Below, piece after piece: positions 51,991 through 64,000 of a stretch of DNA of 64,000 bases (the first letter of the stretch is position 1; each line of letters starts with the position of its first letter). The stretch is from positions 44,640,001-44,704,000 of the forward strand of contig OX597832.1 of assembly GCA_951406725.2 (NCBI GenBank), written 5' to 3'. Made by a program: the position numbers and the translations under genes. The notes under the pieces are model-generated. The model saw only the letters and a list, made by a program, of their open reading frames with translations. It had not been told where the DNA came from and did not search any database. Source of the stretch: Octopus vulgaris. Its lineage: Eukaryota.

Positions 51991-54444
51991 CATGGGCTGT
52001 CACAAGTAATAAGCAAGCAAGGAATATCAAAGCAAACCCAGTCATAAATAATCATCATCAGCAATTTGGGTTTTGTGTCCTAGAACTCAAATGGCCAGCT
52101 GCCTGGTTTCTGTAGTGTATAAATAACCGAGATCACAACATTGCCCCTCACACAACCAACACACTGCCTGTTCTGGAAATTGAAACCACAATCTTATGAT
52201 CACAAGAGCAACACTCTAATCCTTAAGCCACAAACCTTCACCTATTTTATATCCTAACAACTATTAAATTCTATTGATGATGATGATGGTGATGAGTCTT
52301 ATATACCAGAAAGTAAACGGAGCTGGAATAAAAGCAAATACGCACCAGTTAGAGTCTGGAAGCGTAATTAAGAGAAATTATACAATTTTCTCCATTCATT
52401 TCTAATATCTTATTTAATCTTCGATAACCTTGATATACTGATAAAGATAAGTGTGCAAAGCAGAGTAATTGAACTTGAGAACATCCATCTAATAAACCTC
52501 GGAAATACATTTAAAAATCAATACAGGCATTACTGTTATTTGACTCAATATGTAGCATGTACATAACCGTTTTCTAATATGTTAGAAATATTAATACAGT
52601 GCAATAAAAGATCTTAAATGTGATAGTCGACAATGTCATTGAAAAATTACATTTCTGTTAATTGTAAAATTTAATTTAATATTTAACTGATTTTTATTAC
52701 TACTATCTTTTTTTTCTTCTTTTACTTGTTTCAGTCATTTGACTGTGGCCATGCTGGAGTACTGCCTTTAGTCGAGCAATTCGACCCAGGACTTATTCTT
52801 TGTAAGCCTAGTACTTATTCTATTGGTCTCTTTTGCCAAACAGCTAAGTTATGGAGATGTAAACACACCAGTATCAGTTGTCAAGTGATGTTGGGACAAA
52901 CACAGACACACAAACACACACATATAATATACATACATATATACGATGGACTTCTTTCAGTTTCCATCTACCAAATCCACTCACAAGGCTTTGGTCAGCC
53001 CGGGGCTATAGTAGAAGGCACTTGCCCAAGGTGCCACACAGTAGGATTGAACCTGGAACCTTGTGGTTGGTAAGCAAGTTACTTACCACACAGCCACTCC
53101 TACACCTGTAGTGATAATTTCAATGGATGTATGAAATATGATTTCATCCAGATCTCTTATTTTCAAAAGAAGGTATTTAAAACTTTAAAGATTCCAATGA
53201 AAACATTTTGTAATATATCACAACTGGCTTGGTATTCAACTTTGTATGTGTAGATCTGGTTTATACACTATCTTTCATCTCAGAACAGCATATCTTTACC
53301 TCATTTGTCCCATTAAGAAATCTATGTGGTTCCATGTGTAGCAAAGTTTTCACTACACTTGTTATACAAGTACGAACCCTAAGAATTAAAGAGGGGGTGT
53401 ATTATGAATTGTGATGGTGCCACATTAAAAAGCACCCAGTACACTAAGGAGCAGTTGACATAAGGAAGGGCATCCAGCCATAGAAACCAAGCCACAGCAT
53501 ACCATGAAACCTGGTGGGGTCCCTCGCCTTGCCAGTTCTTGTCAAACCATCCAACCCATACCAGTATCATCATCATCATCATTTAACGTCCGTTCTCCAT
53601 GCTAGCATGGGTTGGATGGTTCGACCGGGATCTGGGAAGCCAGAAGGCTGCACCAGGCTCCAGTCTGATCTGGCAGTGTTTCTACAGCTGGATGCCCTTC
53701 CTAACACCAACCACTCCGTGAGTGTAGTGGGTGCTTTTTACGTGTCACCGGCACAGGTGCCAGGCGAGGCTGGCAACGGCCACAATCGGATTGGTGCTTT
53801 TTACGTGCTACCGGCATGAAAAATGAATGTTAAATATTGATGATGATGATACTCATGGTCTTTGCAAGGACATCACAAATGCCAGTGGAATGAAATTACA
53901 ACAGAGAACTAAATCCAAGTTGTGCACTCTGTTTACTGACTAAGGAAACACTGATCCCATGTAATTACCATCATTAGTAATATCCACTTATATTCAAAGT
54001 GATCAAGAGAATCTGGATTTAGCAAAATAACCAGTATTTTTACTATTGGTGCTTGGAACATAAGTCAAGAAAAGGTTCTTATAAAATTGATAGGTTTTAA
54101 GCTTAAATATGACTGCCATAAAACGAGGTAGTCTTTGTATCCCAGAATAAGGGGTGGTCTAGGATTGATATCAAAAACGATTAAGCCCGCTATTGAAAAG
54201 AAACAACACAACAATTATGTACAGCTCCTATCACAACAGTGCACTATAACTCTCCAAACTATCTAATCACATTCAGATAAATAGTTTCTTCCTTATTAAT
54301 TAATCTAACCACTTAACCTTCAATCTATTTTCAATGGTTTTAAAGGATGTGCATGCATGTGAATGGCCAGTTGAGAGATAGATAGCATCTCTATAACAAG
54401 TATTACGCAATAATAAAATACATCACATCTTCATTTATAACAGA

Positions 54445-54806
54445 CTAGCACAATGACCCGGCAACGCCAGGTCATAGTGCTAGTGCATGCATATACAGCT
54501 GCTTGCGTGCGCACATACATGCGAGTACTGTCCAAATCTCCGACCAATCCATACAGCTAGCTGGCATTCAATTGGCGTATCAAGTTTCGGGCATTTTGAT
54601 TAGATTTTGGATAGAAAATTCACAAAAAAAGTCACTTCTATTGATTTTTTAATGGCTTTGCGGGGTGACTGGGGAAATGTAAAGAGGTGCATGACCACCC
54701 TTGGACAGTTTTGAATGACCATAGAAAGTGCGAGCCCTCTAACTGAAAAATTATGGATTTGTATAAAGGACACGCACAGACATTTTGCCGTTTATATATA
54801 TAGAGA
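54445..54806 (-). mobile_element. Non-autonomous Helitron (family H1), complete ends
   Basis: A|TCTCTATATATATAAACGG start; 3' hairpin ending CTAG|T. Confidence 0.85.
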
Positions 54807-55634
54807 TTTGGTAAGGTGTCCAGAGATGAACGCCATGTTTCAAAAATGAAGTCAAATATTGAATTTAACCCTTTTGTTGCCATATTTCTGCTAAAATACA
54901 CTTTTTGTTTCAATTCATTTTGACAATAATGAAGAGTTTAGTAAAACGACTTAGTGTTTGGAATAAAAATTAACTTGAAATTTTCTTGATAAAATAAAGT
55001 ACCAGTCAAGTACCGAGGGACAATGTAATTGACATAACCCCTCTTGCCAATGAACTGGTATCTCATTCAGGAAGTATGTTGTAATCACTCTTGGTCACTT
55101 ATAACCCATGGAAACTGGGTAACTGGTCTTATGAATCCTAGGGTAAAAAAAGGAACTCAAGAAAAAAAAAAAAACCAACAAAAAACAAAAACCTTGTTCA
55201 TATGCATTTCTAAATAATAAGGGCCATAGTGATGGGAAATGAACCACAGATTTGTTTTCTGGATAAATGCCTTAAAAAGAATAAGACCAAATTAAAATCC
55301 TTCTAATTAAATTATGTCATACATTTAAGCAACAGTAATAGTAGTACCAGTAGTGTCTTCTCCAGACTATGCAAAATTCCATAACAGTAAGATGAAGTTC
55401 ATTCTGTGATTAGTCTATATCAGAAAACTTATAAAGTTTTTTGAGAAGTATCCAAATTTCTGTCTGTTCTAAGAAAATATGGTATTCAGAAAAAAACCGA
55501 AAAAAACCCCCGAAAGTAATGACTCAAATATTCAAAATATTTCTTCACTGCAGGCCTACAAAAACAAAAAAAAACAAAAAAAACCCCATTTCAAATGAAA
55601 AATGTTGCAATTGAACGACAGAGCACCATCACAA

Positions 55635-55892
55635 GCATGGAACCTGTGGAAGAGGTAGACCCAGGAAGAAGACAAGGGACGAGGTGGTGAAGCATGATCT
55701 TCAAACATTGGGCCTCATAAAGGCAATGACAAGTGACCAATACCTTTGGCAATATGCTGGGCTTGAAAAGACTCGTCAACCTAAGTGAAATTATAATTGT
55801 GACCGATGTTGATATAATATAACTGGTACCTGTGCTGGAGGCACATAAAACCTGCCCATTACACTCATGGAGTGGTTGGTGTTAAGAAGGGC
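55635..55892 (+). mobile_element. RTE LINE 3' end running into the family C sequence
   Basis: GTCGRGRPRKKTRDEVVKHDLQTLGL..MTSDQYLWQYA, then a UTR matching GGCAC.TAAAA..CCCA.TACACTCA.GGAGTGGTTGG.GTTA.GAAGGGC. Confidence 0.7.
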
Positions 55893-56159
55893 CCAGTTTC
55901 CTGGTTTCTATGGCGTATGTGTTCCCCGCCAGCTGGACGGGACGCCCGCCCATCACAGTGTTACTCAAGAAACAGGAAGAAAGAGTGAGAGAAAGTTGGG
56001 GCGAACGAGTACAACAGGGGTCACCCCCCCACCTGCCGAAGCTTTGTGGAGCTTTTAGGTGTTTTCGCTCAATAAACACACACAACACCCAGTCTGGGGA
56101 TCGAAACCGCGATCCTCCGACCGCGAGTCCGCTGCCCTAACCGCTGGGCCATTGCGCCT
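55893..56159 (-). mobile_element. Third tRNA-derived SINE
   Basis: Head GGCGCAATGGCCCAGCGGTTAGGGCAGCGGACTC...GGTTTCGATCCCC with A and B boxes, followed by a CORE-like segment. Confidence 0.75.
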
Positions 56160-57049
56160 ACACACACACACACACACACATATGCATGTATGTGTACATG
56201 TGTGGTGTTTGTGTTTGCATGCATGTGTGTGGTTCTGTGTGTGTCGGAACCTGTTTTATGGTGTGTCTGATTACTTTCTGACCTCAACATTCTATCAACT
56301 GTTAGTTACACCCATCACAAACAATTTCGAGCTATAAAAAACATCATCACCACCACTACCATCATTATCTCTGTCTTTACCATCATCATCCTCACCACTC
56401 ACCACCGCTGCCATCACCACTACTACCACCACCACTGCTGTTACCTTCACATCATCATCATCACTTTCACCAATATCATTGCCATTACCACCACCACCAC
56501 CACCACCACCATCTGCAGTCTCACTTATCATTATTACTGCTACTATCATCATCGCCACCACTGCCATCATCATCACCATCACATACACCCACCTGCCACT
56601 GTCATTCCACTGTCTCTCCGCCTTTGTCTATGACTATCTTTCTTTCTATATAAGGAGATATTCATCATCATCATTTAGCGTCCGCTTTCCATGCTAGCAT
56701 GGGTTGGCCGGTTCAACTGGGGTTTGGGAAGCCAGAAGGCTGCACCAGGTACAGTCTGGCAATGTTTCTATAGCTGAATGCCCTTCCTAACACCCTAACA
56801 CCAACCACTCCGTGAGTGTAGTAGGTGCTTTTCATGAGCCACCGGCACGGGGGCCAGGCGAGGCTGGCAACGGCCACAATCGGATGGTGCTTTTTACAAG
56901 CCACCGGCACAGGGGCGAGGCGAGGCTGGCAATGGCCACGATTGGATGGTGCTTTTTACGTGCCACCGGCAGGGAGGCCCGTCGGGGTGGCGCTGGCAAC
57001 GGCCACATTCGGATGGTTTGCTTACGTGCCACCGGCACTGGTATCATTG

Positions 57050-57500
57050 CTGCCCTGGGTCAAGAGGGTGGTTGTTGGAAGACCCTATGTCTAGCAACAG
57101 GATTCACACAAACAAGAGAACCCAGTCATGGTTGTCAGACAATTTCTGCAACCACAATTACGCCTAACATCTGGCCACCTAACTCCCTAGACTGCAACCC
57201 CCTTGATTATTATGTGTGGGGTGCAGTTGAGTGAAAGACCAACAAAACTCCTTGTAACACACCATAGATGAACTGAAGGCAAGGATTATGGCAGCATTCA
57301 CCAACTTCAACAAGGAGACCGTCCGGAAGAGTTGCAGAAGATTCTGAAGTCGTCTGAAGGCTGTGGCGATGTTATTGAATAAATTTTACTCTTTAGTATT
57401 TCAAGATTTTTTATGTAATTTTGGTAAATATATCTGTTAAAATGAGACGTCAGTGTTATTTTCATTTTTGCGTAAATTATATGATAGTTTATTCACCGCA
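57050..57500 (+). pseudogene. Tc1/mariner-superfamily transposase remnant (DD37D/maT-like) with its right end
   Basis: RPYV*QQDS..HTNKRTQSWL...IWPPNSLDCNPLDYYVWGAVE...DELKARI, with stops and frameshifts. Confidence 0.8.
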
Positions 57501-60389
57501 TTCTGAGTATATATATGGTGGCACATAAAATACACCAATCCGACTGTGGCCGTTGCCAGCCTCGCCTGGCACCTGTGCAGGTGGCACGTAAAAAGCACCC
57601 ACTACACTCACGGAGTGGTTGGCGTTAGGAAGGGCATCCAGCTGTAGAAACACTGCCAGATAAGACTGGAGCCTGTGCAGCCTTCTGGCTTCCCAGATCC
57701 CCGGTCGAACCGTCCAACCCATGCTAGCATGGAGAACGGATGTTAAACGATGATGATGATGATGATGATATGATAAGCTTCTTTCAGTTTCTGTCTACCA
57801 AATCCACTCACAAGGTTGTGGTTGGTCCAAGGCTATAACACTTGCCCAAGGTGTTACTCAGTGGGACTGAACACAAAACCATTTGGTTGGGAAGCGAACT
57901 TCTTACACCACAGCCACACCTGCGCCTACCTGCTCATTTGTAAATTTAAAAAAAAACTATATACATATATCCAGCTGTGTTGAATATCAAAAAACTATAA
58001 CTCAGGTGACCTTATTTTCATTAACAACCTGCCAAAACATTAATTTCTATTATATACACTAACACAAACTAAAGCAACTAAAATACATAATGCTACTTCC
58101 TACATTATCTTCAAGCTGAATAATAGAAGAGCTAATCAATCTTATCAATAATGGATTACGGTAGTACTAGTATAAGTTTTCTACTTACCATTTGCGGCAA
58201 TGCCATACTACTTTCACTCTAGGCTAGCTGCATACTAATACTAACAGATAGAGGGGAAAGGTTAAATAAGAAATAAAACCAGAAATCAAACCCACCAGCT
58301 AATGTCTCGATAATCAATAACTGCCTAGGAAGCGCTCGTCAGTTGATAAAAGGTATAATGAATTTTTATGAAATTATATCTTATACAAATAATTGGAGGA
58401 AAACTGCTAAAAAATAGATACTTAAATGTTTGATTAAAAAAAAATTTTTTTTGTTTTTTAAACATCTTTTTGGTATTATTTAGTTAAGAGAAAGGTTGGT
58501 AGCTGTGACTCTTCTGAAAAAGCCTCCAGGACTGGAGGGAGGGAGGGAGGTAGAGGAAGGTATCCTCAGACTGGAAACTGGGTCTGAATACTTACAGCAG
58601 AGTGGATGCTGCTAAGAGTACCAAGAATGGAAGTGTTAAACTGAGCAATGGATTAAATCTACCTCCCAAGGTTTGAACTCAGAATGCAACCTGTCAGGAC
58701 ATGTACTGCACGGTAACTTGTCAGAAATGCTAAACATAGGCGCAGGAGTGGCTGTGTGGTAAATAGCTTGCTTACCAACCACATGGTTCCGGGTTCAGTC
58801 CTACTGCGTGGCATCTTGGGCAAGAGTCTTCTGCTATAGCCTCGGGCCGACCAAAGCCTTGTGAGTGGATTTGGTAGACGGAAACTGAAAGAAGCCCGTC
58901 ATGTATATGTATATATATATATATGCGTGTGTGTGTTTGTGTGTCTGTGTTTGTCCCCCTAGCATTGCTTGACAACCGATGCTGGTGTGTTTATGTCCCC
59001 GTTACTTCGCTGTTCGGCAAAAGAAACCGATAGAATAAGTATTGGGCTTACAAAAAAGAATAAGTCCCGGGGTCGAGTTGCTCGATTAAAGGTGGTGCTC
59101 CAGCATGGCCGCAGTCAAATGACTGAAACAAGTAAAAGAGAGAGAGAGAGAGAGAGTATTCTCTAGTTCATTAACCAGATTGGTAATTTATTTCTTTATT
59201 TCTTTATTTACCAATCCAAATAGAATTGTAATATAAAGTTGGCTCTGGTGGGTTAGAACTCAGAATGTAACAAACTGGAAAAAATACTGCAAGACATTTT
59301 GTCCTATCCTCTTATAATTCCATCAATTTTCCACTTAACGTATTTACTGGTGCATAAGATGCACTTGTTAAATGCATTAAAAAAATTGCCCTACATCTAA
59401 TGCGTCTGAATTGTGGATGAGAGTTTGAGTGTCATAGGGTAAGGCAGCTGGACAAGCATAAGTTCACTTGGTCCAGTAATTATTAATAATATAGGCGTAG
59501 GAGTGGCTGTGTGGTAACTAGCTTGCTTACCAACCACATGGTTCCGGGTTCAGTCCCACTGCGTGGCACCTTGGGCAAGTGTCTTCTACTATAGCCTTGG
59601 GCCAACCAAAGCCTTGTGTATGGATTTGGTAGACGGAAACTGAAAGAAGCCCATCTTATGTATATGTGTGTGTGTGTCTGTGTTTGTCCCCCCAACATTG
59701 CTTGACAAACGATGCTGGTGTGTTTACGTCCCCCGTAACTTAGCGGTTCGGCAAAAGAGACCGATAGAATAAGTACTAGGCTTAGTACAAAGAATAAGTC
59801 CTGGGGTCAATTTGCTCAGCTAAAGGTGGTGCTCCAGCATGACCACAGTCAAATGACTGAAACAAGTAAAAGAATAAAAGAATAATAAAATATGGAAAGC
59901 AAGCTGATTTTTATCACAATCTATTAACAGAAACTTAGGAAAAATTGCTTATTAGCTATAATGTGGGGAGGTCACATCACCTCATTGCACCTCCTTCCTC
60001 AGCATACATAAGCCAAACCTGATAATGTCTTACATTTATGTTACCTTTAAGAAACATATTTAATGATCTAAATGAAAAATTCTCCTAGAAAATATGGGAG
60101 GAATGTTAAACTTTTGTCCACCTGCCAGCTATTTGCAATGAGTAGTGGATGATAACAAAATCTACTTATAAAAAATAGGGGTGAATCTTATATGCCAGCA
60201 AATACATTAATTGGTGAAACAAGTTCAGCCCACCCTAATAACAGGAACTGATCTAGAATCAATGTTCCAAGTTAGAAAAAAGTTCTATATAGTAAACTCA
60301 AAGCAAACTTTGGGTGCACATAAAATGTAATAACACATAATGGGGCTGCCAAAAATATATATAAGCAGATAGAGTAGTGAGCAGTAATA

Positions 60390-61310
60390 GCAACTGTGAA
60401 ATAAATTACCTCAAATACCAAGAAGGCTCCCTAGAAGTAGGTGATAGTTTCTATTACCTTAGTGAAGGTGGCTGTTCTGAAGGCATGGAAACCACAGTAA
60501 GAATGCAGAGGGGAAAAAATAAACATTTGGGTAACATTTGGCTAAGTGTAGGCGAGAAAGATATGTCATAATATACATCTGGAAGATCCTAGAAGGACTT
60601 GTCCCAAACTTTGGCATCGAGAGTTACACAAATACTAGAACTGGGCGCCACTGCATAGTGCCAAGGACTCCAAATTTGCTATCAAGATGTAGGACAAGAT
60701 ACTGTGATAGCCTGGGCTTCAGAGGTCCACAGCTCTTCAATATCCTCCTGAAGAACCTGAGAGACCTGCATGGGGTGGATGCAGATGTCTTTAAAATAAA
60801 ACTGGATCTCTTCCTGTCAGGTGTCCCAGATGAACCAACTTCACGGCAGGAGGTGCAGATGAGGGCAGCTGCATCAAACTCTCTCATGAACCAAATGGCA
60901 ATTGCTAAAAAGCATTCGTGAAGTAAAATCATGTAGCAACACCAAATGGGGGTGCCCCAGCATGGCCACAGCTCGTGAGCTGAAACTAGATAAAATAAAA
61001 TAAATAAATAAAATAAACTATTATCTCTAATAGCAATGAAAGGGTTCTCTCACTGGGTTAAGGGTAGACTGTATGATGCTAGTACATGAAGTGTGATACT
61101 TGCATGATAGCAAAACAATGGCATTAAGTGCAGTGGATATGGAAAGATTGGAAAGAAACAAGGTGAGCATGGTCATGTGGATATGTAATATTGGTGTGAA
61201 TGAAGGACAGAACACAAATGAGTAGAGAGGCTGACTGAACATCAGAAAAATTGGATGCACTGAGCAAGAGAAGAGACTGTGTTTGTATCAACATACGATA
61301 TAGAGGATAA
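60390..61310 (+). mobile_element. Decayed RTE LINE fragment split by a CR1-group insertion
   Basis: SLEVGDSFYYL..GGCSE..GKNK | LLSLIAMKGFSHWVKGRLYDA...MERLERNKVSMVMWICN. Confidence 0.75.
60525..61018 (+). mobile_element. 5'-truncated CR1-group LINE with open RT C-terminus, 3' stem-loop and (TAAA)n tail
   Basis: RRERYVIIYIWKILEGLVPN...RGPQLFNIL...FKIKLDLFLSGVPDEP; candidate TSD AAAATAAAC at 60516-60524 and 61010-61018. Confidence 0.88.
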
Positions 61311-61317
61311 CAGTTTT

Positions 61318-61716
61318 TTCAATTCAATTCAATTCAGTTCAGTTTTTATTGGCTCAAAAAGCAAACGCAAGGCCATGTAGGGTGACAGGGAGTTATGTAC
61401 AGGGAGGATGGTCATACAAAGAGTTCAGGCCATTTCTGGTTAAGAGAGACTTTGAACCGAGCGGTCGTTGGCATCTTCACTATCTCGTCCGGCAGCTTAC
61501 TCCACGGATCCGCAACCCAGACGGAGAAATCCCCTCTCCTTCGATTGAGATGAAATCGTCGTGGATAGAGCTTTTTGGAGTGACCCCGCAGCCCACGCTC
61601 TGGAGCAGGAGTGAAGAACAGCTCTTTCGAGAGGTTACACTTTCCGCTTATGATGTTGTGAGCAAGAATGAGATCACCATGGCGTCGTCATTTTTCGAGA
61701 TAAAGAAGGAACCTAT
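61318..61716 (-). mobile_element. Second CR1-clade LINE 3' end with (GAATT)n tail
   Basis: Minus-strand translation LEK*RRHGDLILAHNII...LRGHSKKL...FSVWVADPWSKLPDEIV...FK. Confidence 0.85.
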
Positions 61717-61870
61717 GGAAGAAGTTGGTGCAAGATACGAGAAATAGTGAAGGCTGATGGTCAAAATGTTGAACTTCATGAAAGAGATAGGTGATTTTCA
61801 ACAAGTGGTGATATGTTGTACTGGAGAAGATCTGTTCAATCCATGCAAACAAAGAAAAATATAAAAATAA

Positions 61871-62076
61871 TTACGGAGATGTACTTGCATAGCGAGTGAC
61901 TTGATCTGAGATCGTGTGCTGGAACGAAAACAATTGCAGCGTGGAAGGTGTTTATAAGCCATTTAAGAAACACACAAAAGCCATTAGATTCACTTCAACA
62001 TTTAAATTTAATTTGTCAAAATATTTTCGTCGCTTTGAGACCGCGACCTGTTCACTGACAAAGCTTCGTGCTGCAT
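61871..62076 (-). mobile_element. PLE-like repeat (same family as 7293-7594) with a G3-C8 hammerhead-like motif at 62012-62062
   Basis: UUUGUCA-GUGAACA-G-GUCGC(9 nt loop)GCGAC-GAA-AAUAUU-U-UGACAAA. Confidence 0.7.
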
Positions 62077-63818
62077 ATATAAAAATAACGATTATGATGA
62101 TGATCCTAGTTCATAGGCATGGGCATGTGATAAAGAAGTCTGCCTCTGGGTCACAGGTTTGACCCTACTGAAGGGCAAAGCCATCCATCCTCTGCAGAGT
62201 CTGAGCTTAGAGCATAATGAATTGGAAGAAATACTGCAAAGCATTTTCCTGACACTAACGATTCTGCCAGCTCATCACCTTAAAATAATAGAAACAAAAA
62301 ACCTACAGCTAATCTTACTTTTCTAAAGGGCACTAAAACACTGAGTGTCTGTGTCCAAGGAAGTTAAAGAAGTTGTAAAAAGTGGTGATGTTATCTTTAT
62401 CGCTTTAGCATCTAGAATGTTTATTTATTCACATCAAGGGCATCCAGCCATAGAAACTCTGCCAGATCAGACTGGGCCTGATGCAGCCTTCTGGCTTCCA
62501 GACCCCAGTTGAACCATCCAACCCATGCTAGCACGGAAAGCGGATGCTAAACGATGATGATGATGACGATGATGATGTTTTGAATTAATTACGAATTACC
62601 TTCTAGCCTGAAGATTTTGATGATGTAATTGCATATTATAAGAATGACATTGTAGGGTAGATGTGAAAAATGAGATCTGGCCAGTTTGAATATAAAACAG
62701 GTTGAATATTTGTGTCAGATATGGCTGGTTAAAATACTAAAAAGCTAATCCTTTAGCATTCAGTTTACTCTGCCAAATGTAATGCTTATTTATTCTCATC
62801 GTTTTCAATTAATCATGTATTATCTTCAAGATGTTGATGGTGTGATTGCTTCTTTTTAGAATGACATTATAGGATAGGTGTGAGAGGCCAGATCTGTCCG
62901 GTTTGAACAGAGAAAAAAGGTATAACATTTGGGCTGGATATGGTCGGTTTTAATGCTAAAGATTCAAGTCTAGAAATAAACAGAGATTGTAGTACTGAAT
63001 GTAGAATGGAAACTTGATTCACAAATTTAGCTGTTGTGATTGAAACAACAACATAATCAAAGACGTTAAAAGTACAATTAACTGTTGTGGTATGCTAATT
63101 ATCTTGCTTCTAGCAATTATTCGTACAGTCAAAATGATTATGTTTTGTATTTAACAGGTCTTTTACTCTTTTACTTGTTTCAGTCATTTGACTGTGGCCA
63201 TGCTGGAGCACTGCCTTTAGTCGAGCAAATCGACCCCAGGACTTATTCTACTTTGCCGAACTGCTAAGTTACGGGGACGTAAACACACCAGCATCGTTTG
63301 TCAAGTGATGTTGGGGGTACAAACAGACACACAAACACAGACACACCTACACACATATACGATGGGATTCTTTGTTTCTGTCTACCAAATCCACTCACAA
63401 GGCTTTGGTCAGCCCTAGGCTATAGAAGACACTTGCCCAAGGTGTTGCCATGCAGTAGGAATGAACCCGGAACCATGTGGTTCATAAGCAAGCTACATAC
63501 CACACAGCCACTCCTACGCCTATGTGTGGATATCTAAAAACAACCACCAATCCATCCCAATCACCAAAAGAATTATGCTTACATGTGATATGTAGCTCCC
63601 AATCTCTTTACTGTAAAAGATACTTGAATCAATATTAATTAAAATATTAATGAAATAATAGGTTTTTTTGTACATAAGCAGGCATGTAATTTAAGAAGTT
63701 CACTTTTTTTTGTACATAAGCAGGCATGTAATTTAAGAAGTTCACTTCACAATTATGTTGTCAACTATAACTTTGGGTTGATTAATTTCGTGTGAAATTT
63801 GGTATTCAGATCTGCTGA

Positions 63819-63854
<36 letters not shown>

Positions 63855-64000
63855 TTTTGTCTTGACATTACATGAGAGTTTCAAGTACTGCCATCTTAAA
63901 AGCAGTATCATTTGTTTTTAGTTGTCTGTGAAAACAGATACAAACAAGGGAATCAGGTGAGGGTTAGTGGCAGGAAGAGAATCTAGCCATAGAAAATCTG

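Noticed and set aside
56088-56159. tRNA gene
   Set aside because: No proper acceptor stem, and it continues into a SINE body; it is a tRNA-derived head.
61349-61747. 132 aa plus-strand ORF
   Set aside because: It is the antisense shadow of a CR1 RT C-terminus on the minus strand.
58183-63615. Candidate Rab6 first or alternative exons at strong minus-strand donors (~58188, ~58596, ~63573)
   Set aside because: None encodes the RKFKLVFLGEQS segment; the first coding exon probably lies beyond the window.
63663-63747. Short tandem duplications (~42 bp here; ~85 bp at 25244/25371)
   Set aside because: Ordinary local slippage with no further structure.

Overview
AT-rich, microsatellite- and SINE-dense animal DNA; the repeat repertoire looks like an octopus-type cephalopod genome (inference). 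The only host coding sequence I can support is two small minus-strand exons of a Rab6 GTPase gene: 34399-34341 ([V][19 protein letters not shown]) and 20218-20165 ([18 protein letters not shown]). I found neither the first coding exon nor the WDTAGQE exon, so the window is probably all Rab6 intron (>29 kb, 14 kb and >20 kb). The introns contain about 20 copies of a tRNA-derived CORE-type SINE, a second SINE that is often multimeric, RTE 3'-UTR-type repeats, CR1 and RTE LINE remnants, Penelope-like (PLE) fragments, Helitrons, piggyBac-type MITEs and a DD37D transposase remnant. Most listed ORFs are repeat artefacts. The main findings are: (1) several minimal hammerhead-ribozyme motifs in PLE-like repeats, including a G3-C8 core-swap variant, mostly in Rab6 sense orientation; (2) a LINE/SINE shared 3' stem-loop with visible covariation; (3) a SINE family that forms fixed-junction multimers within a single TSD pair; (4) inverted SINE pairs bracketing both Rab6 exons. 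Coordinates were read by eye; repeat boundaries are approximate.
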